From: a virus
Taxonomy: Duplodnaviria; Caudoviricetes
IMG/VR virus record: IMGVR_UViG_3300046779_001841
Coordinates: 64,001-128,000 of that record
Direction: 5' to 3' (one strand)
Length of the DNA stretch: 64,000 nt
Shown: in pieces, positions 1 through 10,837 of the stretch
Layout of the letters: each line of letters begins with the position of its first letter
How positions within the stretch are numbered: the first letter of the stretch is position 1
Program-made: the position numbers and the translations under genes
The notes under the pieces: model-generated
The model's database searches: none
Seen by the model: only the letters and a program-made list of their open reading frames with translations
Told to the model about the DNA's origin: nothing

Positions 1-1683
1 ATTAATAGTTTTAGCAAGAGCAATCGCAGAAGTAGCTACAATAGTACCTGCAAGACCAATAGTAATAACACCAAGATTTGAAGAAACGGAGATTTCTCCA
101 TCAGTGCCTTCAATCGTAACTTCTTCACCAAGATGAACTTCATGATTATTAAAAGCAATAAAATCATGTTCTAGTTTAGAATTAGTGATAGTACTATTAG
201 CAATCATACCACCTGTAATACTTTCTAGTACAATATCAGCTAAAATCTCTACAGATTGAGAACCATCAAAAGCAACAGAACCTGTAATGACTGACCCACC
301 AATACTTAAAGTAACAGGAGAAACTAAAGCACTAGCAGTTTGGGCATTACCAAAAAAATCACCAGTAAGGGTCAAGTTATTAAATTTGGCATCACCTAAA
401 GTAGCTTCATTGTTATATGTGTTATACATAGTAAAGACATGATCTGATTTATCATGACCAAAGAAACCAGTCTTTAATGAAGCATTAGGATAAACTTTAC
501 CTGTAGTACCAGCGAGTAAAACAGCACCATCATCAGTGGCAGTGAATATCCAATTTTGTTGATTGAATAAAGCACCAACAAGAGTAAAATTTGTATTACC
601 AACATCTTTGATAATATATTGAGTACCATTAACAATCGCTTCAGCATCAAGTAAAGGTGAATCATAATAATCAAAACGAACACCAACATTATTGGATTCG
701 CCTTCTTGAGTATTATGACCAAGTTTTAATGTACCACTAATAGCAACAGAATCATCAATAGTGACATTTCCACCATTTGTATTGATAGCTAGATCACCAC
801 TAGAAACATAGATATAACCTGTTTGAAATTCTAAGTCTGCAATTTTACTTTCAGTAGGTGCCTCAAATTTCTTACCAAATGTTACTTTTTCCGAACCATT
901 AGTAGTGATAAACTTTAAATAAGAATTACCATTTTCATTAATATCTAAAGCACTAACTTGATCATCTACAAGATTGATAGAAGTCGCAAGACTTAATGTA
1001 GAACCAGTGATTGCCAAATTAGATAGATTTAAAGTACCACCTAAAGCAAGATCATAAGAACCGCCAATAGATACGGAATCATTAACAAGTTTAGCATTCT
1101 CAATAGAGTTATCATTTAATGAAGCATTAAGATCAACACTTGCAGAACCATCAAAAGAAACAGAACCTGTAAGAACAGTGCCTGTTAAATTTAAAGTCAT
1201 TGGACTAAGCCATGCAGAAGAAGTTAAAGCATTCCCATCAAGATTAGCAGTGATTGTACCACCAACAATCATAGCAATATCAGCACCATCAGTTAAATCT
1301 TCAGTGGATAAAGAATCGTTTATCCATTCAGTCCCAGAATATTTAAGATATTCACCTGGTGCAACACCAGCAACATCTACATCACTTAAAGTAGCTAAAG
1401 AACCACCACTAACATTAGCATCAACATATGCTTTAGTAGCAACATCTTGAGCATCTTCTGGGTCAGCAACATTGATAATTTTTTGAGCATTAAAATCAAC
1501 AGTGGTAATAGGTAAAATGTTAGAAAGATCTGATCTTGCAGTTTCAGAACCACCTAAAGTTTCACCATCATGAACTCGTATAGAGTTGCTAGATGTATTG
1601 ACTGTAATTTCACCAACAGCACCTGTGAAAGCATTGTTTTCAGCAGTAGTGCCTCTTCTTAATTGTATTCTACGAACAGACAT
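1..1683 (-). CDS. Tail fibre-like protein with Mtd_N-type N-terminus, truncated at the window edge (>=561 aa); missing from the ORF track
   Basis: ATG at 1683 with AGGAG 7 nt upstream. Reads MSVRRIQLRRGTTAENNAFTGAVGEITVNTSSNSIRVHDG...VADPEDAQDVATKAYVD. Frame appears open to position 1. N-terminus is paralogous to 1753..3789. Confidence 0.85.
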   Translation of the reverse strand, partial: MSVRRIQLRRGTTAENNAFTGAVGEITVNTSSNSIRVHDGETLGGSETARSDLSNILPITTVDFNAQKIINVADPEDAQDVATKAYVDANVSGGSLATLSDVDVAGVAPGEYLKYSGTEWINDSLSTEDLTDGADIAMIVGGTITANLDGNALTSSAWLSPMTLNLTGTVLTGSVSFDGSASVDLNASLNDNSIENAKLVNDSVSIGGSYDLALGGTLNLSNLAITGSTLSLATSINLVDDQVSALDINENGNSYLKFITTNGSEKVTFGKKFEAPTESKIADLEFQTGYIYVSSGDLAINTNGGNVTIDDSVAISGTLKLGHNTQEGESNNVGVRFDYYDSPLLDAEAIVNGTQYIIKDVGNTNFTLVGALFNQQNWIFTATDDGAVLLAGTTGKVYPNASLKTGFFGHDKSDHVFTMYNTYNNEATLGDAKFNNLTLTGDFFGNAQTASALVSPVTLSIGGSVITGSVAFDGSQSVEILADIVLESITGGMIANSTITNSKLEHDFIAFNNHEVHLGEEVTIEGTDGEISVSSNLGVITIGLAGTIVATSAIALAKTIN

Positions 1684-1752
1684 TTATTTTCTCCTAATGA
1701 AAAAAGATAACTATATGAAAAAGAAAAATAGATAGAAAAATTATTCATTTTT

Positions 1753-3789
1753 TTATCCAAGTAGGGGTCCATAATCTTCTAAAGAAAAATAAGATATAGG
1801 TAAAAACAAATCTTCAGCATTTAAAGGTGTTTCTCCATTACCATTACTATTTTGACAATCTATGATAGAACCTATGACTAAATCGGTAACAGAACCACAA
1901 TCAAAAGTTTCAATAACTCGACCTTGATTATCAATCTCTATATTGAGATTTGTATTCGCTGGATTGAATTGTGAAGTATTACTATCCCAAACAAGTGTTT
2001 GACCATCTTGTATTGCATTTATATTTACATCTGTTAGATCATTGATAGACATATTCAAATTATTTACATCTACTAATGATGTGATGTCATCATTGATTGT
2101 TAAAATATCACCAATATTGACACCACCTATTGTAGTTGCCAAATTCAAAATGGTAGAACTAATAGCACCTGTATTATCAAGCAATAAAACTTCATTTGCA
2201 TCTGTTCCTGCATCATAAGTAACACTAGAACCTGTTCCTGTTATGATAGAAATATCAATAACACTATTGATCCAGCTAGTTCCATTAAATAAAAGAACAT
2301 CATTCTCATTTGGTGTAGGTGCATTAACATCTGTTAATTGGTCTAAACTTGTAGCACCACCACCACCATTTGCATCTACATAATCTACAACCCATTCGGT
2401 AGTAGCAACTCTAGTGCTATCATCATTTGCCAAAGGTGTTGTTGCAGTAGCTTGTGCCAAAGATGAAGAAGTAGTGATTGTTAAACTATCACTTGCGATT
2501 TCACCAATAAAAGAATTTGTGACTGCATCAAGTCTAGGTAGATTTTCGCTATCTGTAAGATCTGTACTTGCTAATTCCAAATCACCTTTTAAAGTATTTA
2601 TATCAATAAGAGCATTTATATCAGTCGATGTTGTTAATATATCTCCGATACTAACACCACCTATGGTAGTAGCTAAGTTTAAAATTGCACTATCAATAGC
2701 ACCATTATTATCTAATAATAAGACTTCATTGGCTTGAGTACCTGCATCATAACCAACACTATCACCATAACCACTAATAGTAGTGTCAATATTTGCCAAA
2801 GCAGTATCAAGTTTACCTAAAGCAACATGATGACTATCATTATCAGCAATAAAATTAGTAGATGAATAAATAGGTCTAGCACCATCTGGATCTAAACCTA
2901 AACTAGATTGTGTAGTATCGAGTTCTGTTTGTAAATCTGCGATTTGAGTAGCACTAGGATTTAAGATTTCTAACCATTCAGTACCTGTTGAGATAAAAGT
3001 TTGGAAAGTATCTATAGTGATATAAACATCACCAACATTATCAAGACTAGGTGCAGGTCTATCTGCTAATAACCCTGATTCTACATGGGTTATAGCTAAA
3101 TCAGGTAATTGACTAGATTTAATATGACCATTTTCATCTAAAGTAGGAATAGCACCTTGAATATTACCAGCAGTAGTATCCAGAGCAGTAATTTGAACAA
3201 AGTCAGTGGAATCTAAACCATCAAGTTTATCAGCATCAAGATTTGAGTTATCTTCTGCAATAATATTTTTAATGTTCGTGTTATTAAAATCAGCACTATC
3301 TAATTTATCATTGATCGCAGTTTGTAGATTATCAGTAATAGTAGTCGTTGCTAAAGTATTGACATCACTTAAATCAGCAGATGATAAAACAACATTAACA
3401 AAATTTGCACCATCATATTGTAAAACTTCACCACTAACAACATCTGTAATCGTGACATCTGTTAATTGATCTAGTGATGTTGCACCACCACCACCACCAT
3501 TAGCAAGAACCCATGCTTTGGTAGCAACATCTTGATCATCAATAGGATCAGCAACATTAGTAATTCTAACTGTTTGACCACCAAGATTGTCTAAAAGACT
3601 AAAAGTACCATTAGAAGAAATCAAAACATTTGATAAGTTTGATTTCAACATTTCATGACCACCAACAGTCACATTATCGTGTAATCTTAAAGAATTATTG
3701 CTGGTATTCATTGTCAATTCACCAACAAGACCTGTAAAGGTTTGATGTTGAACTGCAGTACCTCTTCTTAATTGGACTTGCCTAGACAT
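1753..3789 (-). CDS. Tail fibre-like protein with Mtd_N-type N-terminal domain (678 aa)
   Basis: VQLRRGT...GELTMNT...LRLHD..T.GG start; LDQLTDV repeats; STRVATTEWV motif; G/T/D/N-rich; AGGAG SD. Confidence 0.8.
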   Translation of the reverse strand: MSRQVQLRRGTAVQHQTFTGLVGELTMNTSNNSLRLHDNVTVGGHEMLKSNLSNVLISSNGTFSLLDNLGGQTVRITNVADPIDDQDVATKAWVLANGGGGGATSLDQLTDVTITDVVSGEVLQYDGANFVNVVLSSADLSDVNTLATTTITDNLQTAINDKLDSADFNNTNIKNIIAEDNSNLDADKLDGLDSTDFVQITALDTTAGNIQGAIPTLDENGHIKSSQLPDLAITHVESGLLADRPAPSLDNVGDVYITIDTFQTFISTGTEWLEILNPSATQIADLQTELDTTQSSLGLDPDGARPIYSSTNFIADNDSHHVALGKLDTALANIDTTISGYGDSVGYDAGTQANEVLLLDNNGAIDSAILNLATTIGGVSIGDILTTSTDINALIDINTLKGDLELASTDLTDSENLPRLDAVTNSFIGEIASDSLTITTSSSLAQATATTPLANDDSTRVATTEWVVDYVDANGGGGATSLDQLTDVNAPTPNENDVLLFNGTSWINSVIDISIITGTGSSVTYDAGTDANEVLLLDNTGAISSTILNLATTIGGVNIGDILTINDDITSLVDVNNLNMSINDLTDVNINAIQDGQTLVWDSNTSQFNPANTNLNIEIDNQGRVIETFDCGSVTDLVIGSIIDCQNSNGNGETPLNAEDLFLPISYFSLEDYGPLLG

Positions 3790-3848
3790 ATTATACTCCT
3801 CTTTTATATAGATTTCATAAAGAAGGAATACATTTAAAAATTATTGCA

Positions 3849-6800
3849 TTAAATAGAACCAAAATCAAAAGATTGCTCAATAGGATCATCAATAATAAAT
3901 CCATAATCCCAATTAGTAGCACCTACTAATTGACCATCGGGACCCCAAACAGCGACTTCTCCTTCATTTGTGCCAACATCATAAGTAGCGGCCGAACCTA
4001 ATCCACTTACCATTGTCACATCTATCGCACCACTCACCCATTCATTACCATCATAAAATAAAACATCATCTGTATTTGGTGCAGGTGCATTTACATCAAT
4101 CAGTTCATCTATACTTAAATTTAAAATGCCTTTCAAAGTTTCTATATCAATAAGTGAAGTTATATCGGAATTTGAAGTCAATATATCAGTGATTAAAAGA
4201 CCTCCAATACTCGTAGCACGATCTAAAATTACCGAACTAATTGCACCCGTGTTATCTAACAAAACAATATTTTCTGATCCAGTGCCTACATTATAAGTAG
4301 CACTTGTACCCAATCCAGAAATTATTGTTGTAGATATTGCACTATTAATCCATTCTTCACCATCATATAATAAAACTTGATTTTCTAAAGGTAGTGGTGC
4401 ATTTACATCACTTAATTCATCTAAACTTAAATTACTTATAGAAGAACCAATCGTATCTACAACCCAAGCAGTAGTAGCAACTCTAGTACTATCATCATTG
4501 AGATTAGGTGTTGTTGCATAGGCTTCAGCTAAAGAAGAAGTAGTGGTTACTGTTAAACTATCACTTGCCAAAGATGTAGTGACTTCTAAACTATCTGCAT
4601 TAATATCACCAATAAAAGAATTGAGAACTGCATCAAGTCTTGGCAAATTATCACTATCTGTTAAATCAGTACTTGCTAATTCCAAATCATTTTTTAAAGT
4701 AGGAATGTCTATGAGATTATTAACATTGTCATTAACAGTAATAATATCATCAATATTAACACCACCTATTGAACCAGCTTTATCTAAGATAGTGGCATCA
4801 ATCGCACCATTACCATCAAGAAGTAAAACAGTATCTGCAGTAGTACCTGCATTATAAGTAGCACTTGTACCCAAACCTAAATTAGTTCTTGCACTACCTT
4901 GAGCAAGAGCATTACCTGCGATTTCACTAAAAGTATTGGCAACTTGGAAAACATCAGTAGTGTCTAAAGTAACGATATTTCCAAAACTATCTAAAGTATC
5001 TGTATTTGATTTAATTTGAGTATCTAAGAGTGTTAAAGCACCTGTGATAGTTTCTGATAGATTAAGATAATTTGTACCTACAAAAGGAATGAAACTACCA
5101 TTGATTGCAAGACCTACTGCAGTTTCAATACTATCAATCTCAGCTTGTGCAGAAGCTATTGCCAAATCACTTGCACTTAGCAATTCAATCCAAGCATTAC
5201 CATCAGAGATATAACTCTTACTTGTAGAAGTAACAATATAGACATAACCAATATTCGTTTCATCAGCAACAGGTTTATCTTCTTCATTAACAACGACAAC
5301 AACAGTAGTCAAAGCAAAAGCAGGAATTTGATCTGCACTAAGTTTACCTATTGCATCAAGAGTAGCAATACCATTAATAGCACCTGCTTGAGTAGTCTTT
5401 AAAACACCTGTTAAATTTACACCAGATAGAATAGGTAGAGTATCATTAACACTCATTAATAAAACATTACCTGCTTGTGTACCTGCATCAAGAGTTGCAC
5501 TTGTACCTAATTCAAGATTATCTCTTGCAGTCGCAACATTATTTAAATCACTAAGATTATTTGCTACAAGCAAAACATCAGTAGTATCTAAAGTAGCAAC
5601 TGTTCCCAAACCTTGAATGATATTGGTATCAATAACACTATTGATCCATTCTGTTCCATTATATAAAAGAACTTCATTAGCAACAGGATCTGTTAAAATA
5701 ACATCAGATAAAGTATTAAGAGCAGGTGAGAAAGAACTTAATTCATTTTGAACAAAAGCAGTGGTAGCAACTCTAGTAGAATTATCACCAGCATTTGGAG
5801 TATTCGCAGAAGCAGTACCTAAAGAAGAAGTAGTAGTGATTGTTAAGCTATTGCCAGATAAAATACCACTAGCAGTAATATCATGTGCATTAAGATTACC
5901 AGTAGTAGTGATACCACCAGCACCAAAAGAAACTTGACCACCAAGAAGATTTTGGATTGTGCGACCAGGTTGTAAAACGATATTACTTAAATTAGATGTA
6001 CCACTAACTTGTAAAGTTCCTTCAGATAAAACATTCCCATTTCCACTAACAGAAAACATTGGGAAAACACCATTAAATAAACTTAAAGATTGTGTACCAT
6101 CACCAGCAATTTTAATAGAACCAGTAAAGCTATTGATTGCACGACCCAATAAAGCAACATCTTGTGCTAAAGGTAAATGATTATTCGCAGTGCCAATATC
6201 ATAAGCACTCGCAGTACCTAAATTATCAATAACATTATTTAAAGAAGTTTCCGTGTTAAAAAGAGCAGTATCAATTTTACCAATAGCAGTATGATGACTA
6301 TCAATATCTTCTATATAATGTGTAGATGAATAAACAGGTCTTGAACCATCACCATTTAAACCTAAACTTGTTTGTGTAGTATCTATTTCATCTTGGATAT
6401 TGATAAAATCATCTGTTTTAACAAGATCTGCAACATCACTAAGATCAGCACTAGAAAGTTGGGAATTAGTAAAAGCACCACCACCATTATATTTTAAGAC
6501 ATCACTATTGCCTACAGGATTATTGATAATAACACCAGCAATATTATTTAAAGCAACAGAAACAGATGCTTCTATATTACCAGCATTTAGAGAAAAAGTA
6601 ATATCATTGTGGTTTAAATTATTATCAACAAGATTTTGACCGACTGCGTTTATAGCATCTTCATCTGTATATGAAACAGGCAAATCTGATGGTATAAATT
6701 TATTATTTACACCATCAAAGATGAGAATTTTACCATTAGCATTACCAGAAAGATCAACATCAGATAAATCATCAATGCTAAGTCTATCATTAACAAAAGC

Positions 6801-9638
6801 ATTGATTTCGTGATTATATTTTAATGTTTGACCTTGAGATAATTGTAATTCGGTAATGACAACATCTGTGAGATCGTCTAATTGTGTAACACCACCAGCA
6901 AGATTAATTAAAGTTCTTACAAAAGAAGCATTAGCAACTTCACTACCATTAGCATCAATATCAGTATTGACTAAAACAGAATTAGAACCTGTAAAGTCTA
7001 TGTTGCCAGTGAAAGTCTTATTACCTGTAATTGTTTGATTTTGATCAAGGAAAACAAGATTATTAGCATCTGTAAGTAAAGAAGTAGATAAAGAAGATGG
7101 ATTCCAGATACCTGCATTATAAACAAGTGCTTGATTATTTACAGGTGGATTTGTAGTAGTATCTACATCAGATAATTTATCAATACTTGGTAAAGCAGTA
7201 AGATTTTGACCACTGATCGCAGGTAAGCCATTAACACCTATTTGAACAACATTAGTATTAGCAGTGCCAACATTATAAATAGCACTTGTACCTAAACCTA
7301 AATTAGTTCTTGCATTAGATCTTGCGATATTATCACCAGCAATTTCATTAAAAGCATTGGCAACTAAGAAAACATCTGTATCATCTAAAAGACTAGCAGT
7401 GCCTAAATTATCTAAACTATTACTATTCGCTTTAATTTCAGCATCAAGTTTACCTAAAGCAACATGATGACTATCAGTATTTAGAATATAATTGTTAGAT
7501 GAATAAATAGGTCTTGAACCATTAGCATTTAAACCTAAACTTGTTTGAGTAGTATTTACTTCAGCTTGATTAGATGATGCTTGAGTATCTAATTTACCAA
7601 TAGCAGATAACAAGCTATCTGTATTTAGGATATATGCAGTGGATGAGTAATTTGGTTTAGAACCATCATTATTGAAACCAGCACTAGAGATGATAGCATC
7701 AATCGTATCACCATTAATATTACCAATAGCAGTTTGAACAAAAGCAGTAGTGGCAACTTTAGTGGAATTATCACCTTGTGCTTGAGTGATAAAAGTAGGT
7801 GCAGTATTTACTAAGACAACATTTGCACTATTGCTCAAATCGGATGATGCTAATTTAGAATTAACATATTCCACACCATTAAATCTTAGTGTTTGACCAG
7901 CGACTTGAGTATTTGTATCAATACTCACATCTAATAAATCATTTAATTCAACAGCACCTCCACCACCACCACCACCTTCAGCAATAAGAGTTCTTACAAA
8001 AGAAGTGGTAGCAATTTGATTGTTATTGCTATTGTTTGCAGGTGCAGGTGCAGTTGGTGTTCCAGTGAAAGCAGGACTATTGATAGGTGCATAAATACCA
8101 CTAACACCTTCAATATCAGTGCTTTTAATTTTAGCATTTGACCATCTATTTGTAGCAAGATCATATTTAAGAAATTGATTACTTTCCAAATTAGAAAATG
8201 AAATATCACTAAGATCACTCAAAGGACTATTCTTTGTTAAGACATCACTATCACTTAATAAAGATGCAGAACCTAAACCTAAGTTAGTTCGAGCAGTTGC
8301 CAAATTAGTAAGTCCAGCTAAGTTATCTGTTTTCTTTAATAGACCATCAGTGCCTGTAATATCTGTAAAAGCTATTTTAGCATTAACAAATTTAGCACCA
8401 TCATATTTTAAAACTTGATCAATCTGTAATGCACTAACTTGTACATCTGTTAAGTCATTAAGTTGAGAAGCACCACCTAAACCACCACCTTGAGAAAAAA
8501 TTTGTCTAACCCAGCCTGTAGTCGCAATGGTATTATCATTACTATTAAATAATGGTTCAGTGGATTTTGCACTACCAGTGAAAGTAGGATTATTGATAGG
8601 AGCATAAATTTTATTAATATCGGAAATATCAGCAACAGAGAGAGAACGATTAGTCCATTTACCAGTGGTGCTATCATAACTTAAAAGATTTTTATTTTGA
8701 AGATTAACAAAAGTAACATTTGCCAAAGAATTTAATGTAGAACCAATCGGTAAAAAATCACTTGTACTAGATGTAGATGCAGAACCTAAACCAAGATTAG
8801 TTCGAGCAGTCGCTAAATTAGTAAGTCCAGCTAGATTATCTGTTTTTTTCATCAAAGAATTTATATCAGATAAGTTTGTCGAACTAAGAGTGCTATTAAT
8901 CCATTTGCCATTAGAATATTTTAAGAAATGATTATTTTGTAAAGCAAGACCACCTAATAAGACATCACCTAAATCACCAATAGAAAAAGAACTTAAAGAA
9001 ACAGTCGCATTGATTTTATCTTGAGCATCTGCATTAACAAAAGAAATACCTGTATGATTACCATTTTGTAAAGCAAGACCGACTGCATCTCTTGCATCTT
9101 CATCTGTATATTGAGTGAGAGTAGTGCCAATAGTACCATCAACTAGAGTGATAGGTGCATTTACAGAAAAAGAATCAATCGCTCTTTGTTCAGTGAAATA
9201 TAAATTGTTTTCACCTTCAGGAATATCATCAGTGGAATTGATATTTTCTGGATTGACAAGACCAAGTAAACCTACTTGTGGATTTTCTTCAAGACCTTGA
9301 TTGATAGGCATTTCAGTAATATAAGGTGTCCAATAGGTATTGATTAATCTTTTATAAGATTTCAATTCCATTTCAGTTTGATCTTCTAAAGTAAAAGTGT
9401 AGACCAAACTGCTATTTAATTCAGGTTTATAAGTAGTGCCTTTAATGATACCTATTGTTCTTTGTGTTTCATTAGGATAAGTGAATTTTAGACTAATATT
9501 GATAACACCAGAAACTTTAATTTTGATCGTGTTTTTTATTTGTGAAGCAGGCAGGACAAAAGTAGTATCTGCAAAGACAAGATATTCGGTAGATTCTTGT
9601 GCTTGAATTTCACCACCATTAAGAATTTCAACAATCAT
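3849..9638 (-). CDS. Long repetitive tail fibre-like virion protein (1929 aa)
   Basis: Many L(D/N)(D/E)LxDV, ARxNLGLG and xVATTA(F/W)V repeats typical of phage fibre shafts; modules shared with 1753..3789. Confidence 0.75.
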   Translation of the reverse strand: MIVEILNGGEIQAQESTEYLVFADTTFVLPASQIKNTIKIKVSGVINISLKFTYPNETQRTIGIIKGTTYKPELNSSLVYTFTLEDQTEMELKSYKRLINTYWTPYITEMPINQGLEENPQVGLLGLVNPENINSTDDIPEGENNLYFTEQRAIDSFSVNAPITLVDGTIGTTLTQYTDEDARDAVGLALQNGNHTGISFVNADAQDKINATVSLSSFSIGDLGDVLLGGLALQNNHFLKYSNGKWINSTLSSTNLSDINSLMKKTDNLAGLTNLATARTNLGLGSASTSSTSDFLPIGSTLNSLANVTFVNLQNKNLLSYDSTTGKWTNRSLSVADISDINKIYAPINNPTFTGSAKSTEPLFNSNDNTIATTGWVRQIFSQGGGLGGASQLNDLTDVQVSALQIDQVLKYDGAKFVNAKIAFTDITGTDGLLKKTDNLAGLTNLATARTNLGLGSASLLSDSDVLTKNSPLSDLSDISFSNLESNQFLKYDLATNRWSNAKIKSTDIEGVSGIYAPINSPAFTGTPTAPAPANNSNNNQIATTSFVRTLIAEGGGGGGGAVELNDLLDVSIDTNTQVAGQTLRFNGVEYVNSKLASSDLSNSANVVLVNTAPTFITQAQGDNSTKVATTAFVQTAIGNINGDTIDAIISSAGFNNDGSKPNYSSTAYILNTDSLLSAIGKLDTQASSNQAEVNTTQTSLGLNANGSRPIYSSNNYILNTDSHHVALGKLDAEIKANSNSLDNLGTASLLDDTDVFLVANAFNEIAGDNIARSNARTNLGLGTSAIYNVGTANTNVVQIGVNGLPAISGQNLTALPSIDKLSDVDTTTNPPVNNQALVYNAGIWNPSSLSTSLLTDANNLVFLDQNQTITGNKTFTGNIDFTGSNSVLVNTDIDANGSEVANASFVRTLINLAGGVTQLDDLTDVVITELQLSQGQTLKYNHEINAFVNDRLSIDDLSDVDLSGNANGKILIFDGVNNKFIPSDLPVSYTDEDAINAVGQNLVDNNLNHNDITFSLNAGNIEASVSVALNNIAGVIINNPVGNSDVLKYNGGGAFTNSQLSSADLSDVADLVKTDDFINIQDEIDTTQTSLGLNGDGSRPVYSSTHYIEDIDSHHTAIGKIDTALFNTETSLNNVIDNLGTASAYDIGTANNHLPLAQDVALLGRAINSFTGSIKIAGDGTQSLSLFNGVFPMFSVSGNGNVLSEGTLQVSGTSNLSNIVLQPGRTIQNLLGGQVSFGAGGITTTGNLNAHDITASGILSGNSLTITTTSSLGTASANTPNAGDNSTRVATTAFVQNELSSFSPALNTLSDVILTDPVANEVLLYNGTEWINSVIDTNIIQGLGTVATLDTTDVLLVANNLSDLNNVATARDNLELGTSATLDAGTQAGNVLLMSVNDTLPILSGVNLTGVLKTTQAGAINGIATLDAIGKLSADQIPAFALTTVVVVVNEEDKPVADETNIGYVYIVTSTSKSYISDGNAWIELLSASDLAIASAQAEIDSIETAVGLAINGSFIPFVGTNYLNLSETITGALTLLDTQIKSNTDTLDSFGNIVTLDTTDVFQVANTFSEIAGNALAQGSARTNLGLGTSATYNAGTTADTVLLLDGNGAIDATILDKAGSIGGVNIDDIITVNDNVNNLIDIPTLKNDLELASTDLTDSDNLPRLDAVLNSFIGDINADSLEVTTSLASDSLTVTTTSSLAEAYATTPNLNDDSTRVATTAWVVDTIGSSISNLSLDELSDVNAPLPLENQVLLYDGEEWINSAISTTIISGLGTSATYNVGTGSENIVLLDNTGAISSVILDRATSIGGLLITDILTSNSDITSLIDIETLKGILNLSIDELIDVNAPAPNTDDVLFYDGNEWVSGAIDVTMVSGLGSAATYDVGTNEGEVAVWGPDGQLVGATNWDYGFIIDDPIEQSFDFGSI

Positions 9639-9692
9639 AGTATGCTCTCTTTTTCTATATATCTAAGAAAAAGAAAGCATATTTAATGAAAA

Positions 9693-10799
9693 TTAAGAAC
9701 CTTGATTCATAATCTCTAGGAACTTATCTGTAATCCAATCTTTAACATTATTTTGATTTAAAGTGATCATTGTACACATTTCAGCAAACCATTCGTAAAA
9801 AGAACTTTTAGCATATCGACTTGGGAAATAATCATATCCACCTAAACCTGCTTTAAAAATAGGATATAGATCACCATCATAATAAAAACCAGAATCAAAA
9901 GATTCAAACACAAGTTCTTTTTGTTTGGCTTTAAATCTAGTTTTATTTTTAAAGATACCTATTGTAAAATTTTCATCAATACGATGATGGCTATCCAAAA
10001 TATAATACATAGGCAAAAAATCACCTTTCTTTAAGTCAACATCTTTGGTATTGTCTTTATAGGTGCAAACCTTGTTATATAAGGAAATAAGTCTTTTTCT
10101 TTTCTTTTCTGTAAGAAAAAACTCATCGTATCTATGTGCTAATTCATGAATTAGCATAGATTCTGCTTTAATTCTTGTGTCTTTGACAATAGCAATTTGA
10201 TCAAAATCATGATCATAATAACCACCTATTGTCTTTGACAAAGATTTTTTATACTGGATACCACCATTTAAATAAAATAAAGATTCTTTAGTGCCAAATG
10301 CAATATTAGCATTTGGTAAACATTTATGAAAATTTAAGATTTTAGATTGTTTGATGCTCTCAATGGCTTTAAAACATTCTGTTTGAATATCTAATTTTGC
10401 TTTTGTTGAGTAGAAAGATAAAAATTCAATATTAAAATAAGGCTTTAAAGACATCGTAACATCATGTTCTACTATAGAAGTATTCATTGATGTTTTTTCT
10501 TGAGAAAGATCTAAGATCACTTGATCTATAAGTTTTAAAAACTTTTTTAAATTGGTTTTCTTTTCTTCAGATTCTCCTTCGCATAAATCATGATCACTAA
10601 TTTCTAGTAATCTTTTTAAAGATTCAGGTGGGTTTTTAATTTCAGCACTTTTCTTTAAAAGAAGAATCCAATATCCTCTAATATGAACATTTGGAATGTT
10701 TTTAAATAGTCTATAGATGCCATTTTTTGTGATCTTTAAGATTCGCAAAAAATTTTGAAGTCGAGTAATAAGACTTAAATTTGAAATTACTTCAGTCAT
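9693..10799 (-). CDS. Zincin-motif putative metallopeptidase, paralog 1
   Basis: IHELAHRY (HExxH) plus downstream YFPSRYAKSSFYEWFAEM, resembling lethal-factor-like metallopeptidase domains. Confidence 0.65.
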   Translation of the reverse strand: MTEVISNLSLITRLQNFLRILKITKNGIYRLFKNIPNVHIRGYWILLLKKSAEIKNPPESLKRLLEISDHDLCEGESEEKKTNLKKFLKLIDQVILDLSQEKTSMNTSIVEHDVTMSLKPYFNIEFLSFYSTKAKLDIQTECFKAIESIKQSKILNFHKCLPNANIAFGTKESLFYLNGGIQYKKSLSKTIGGYYDHDFDQIAIVKDTRIKAESMLIHELAHRYDEFFLTEKKRKRLISLYNKVCTYKDNTKDVDLKKGDFLPMYYILDSHHRIDENFTIGIFKNKTRFKAKQKELVFESFDSGFYYDGDLYPIFKAGLGGYDYFPSRYAKSSFYEWFAEMCTMITLNQNNVKDWITDKFLEIMNQGS

Positions 10800-10837
10800 G
10801 GTATGTATCCTTTGTTGGAAGAGATACCATCCTTATA

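Noticed and set aside
474-9300. Short ORFs overlapping the fibre genes on either strand (for example 474..722, 1178..1450, 2414..2737, 4543..4857)
   Set aside because: These are antisense or off-frame shadows of long repetitive coding frames.
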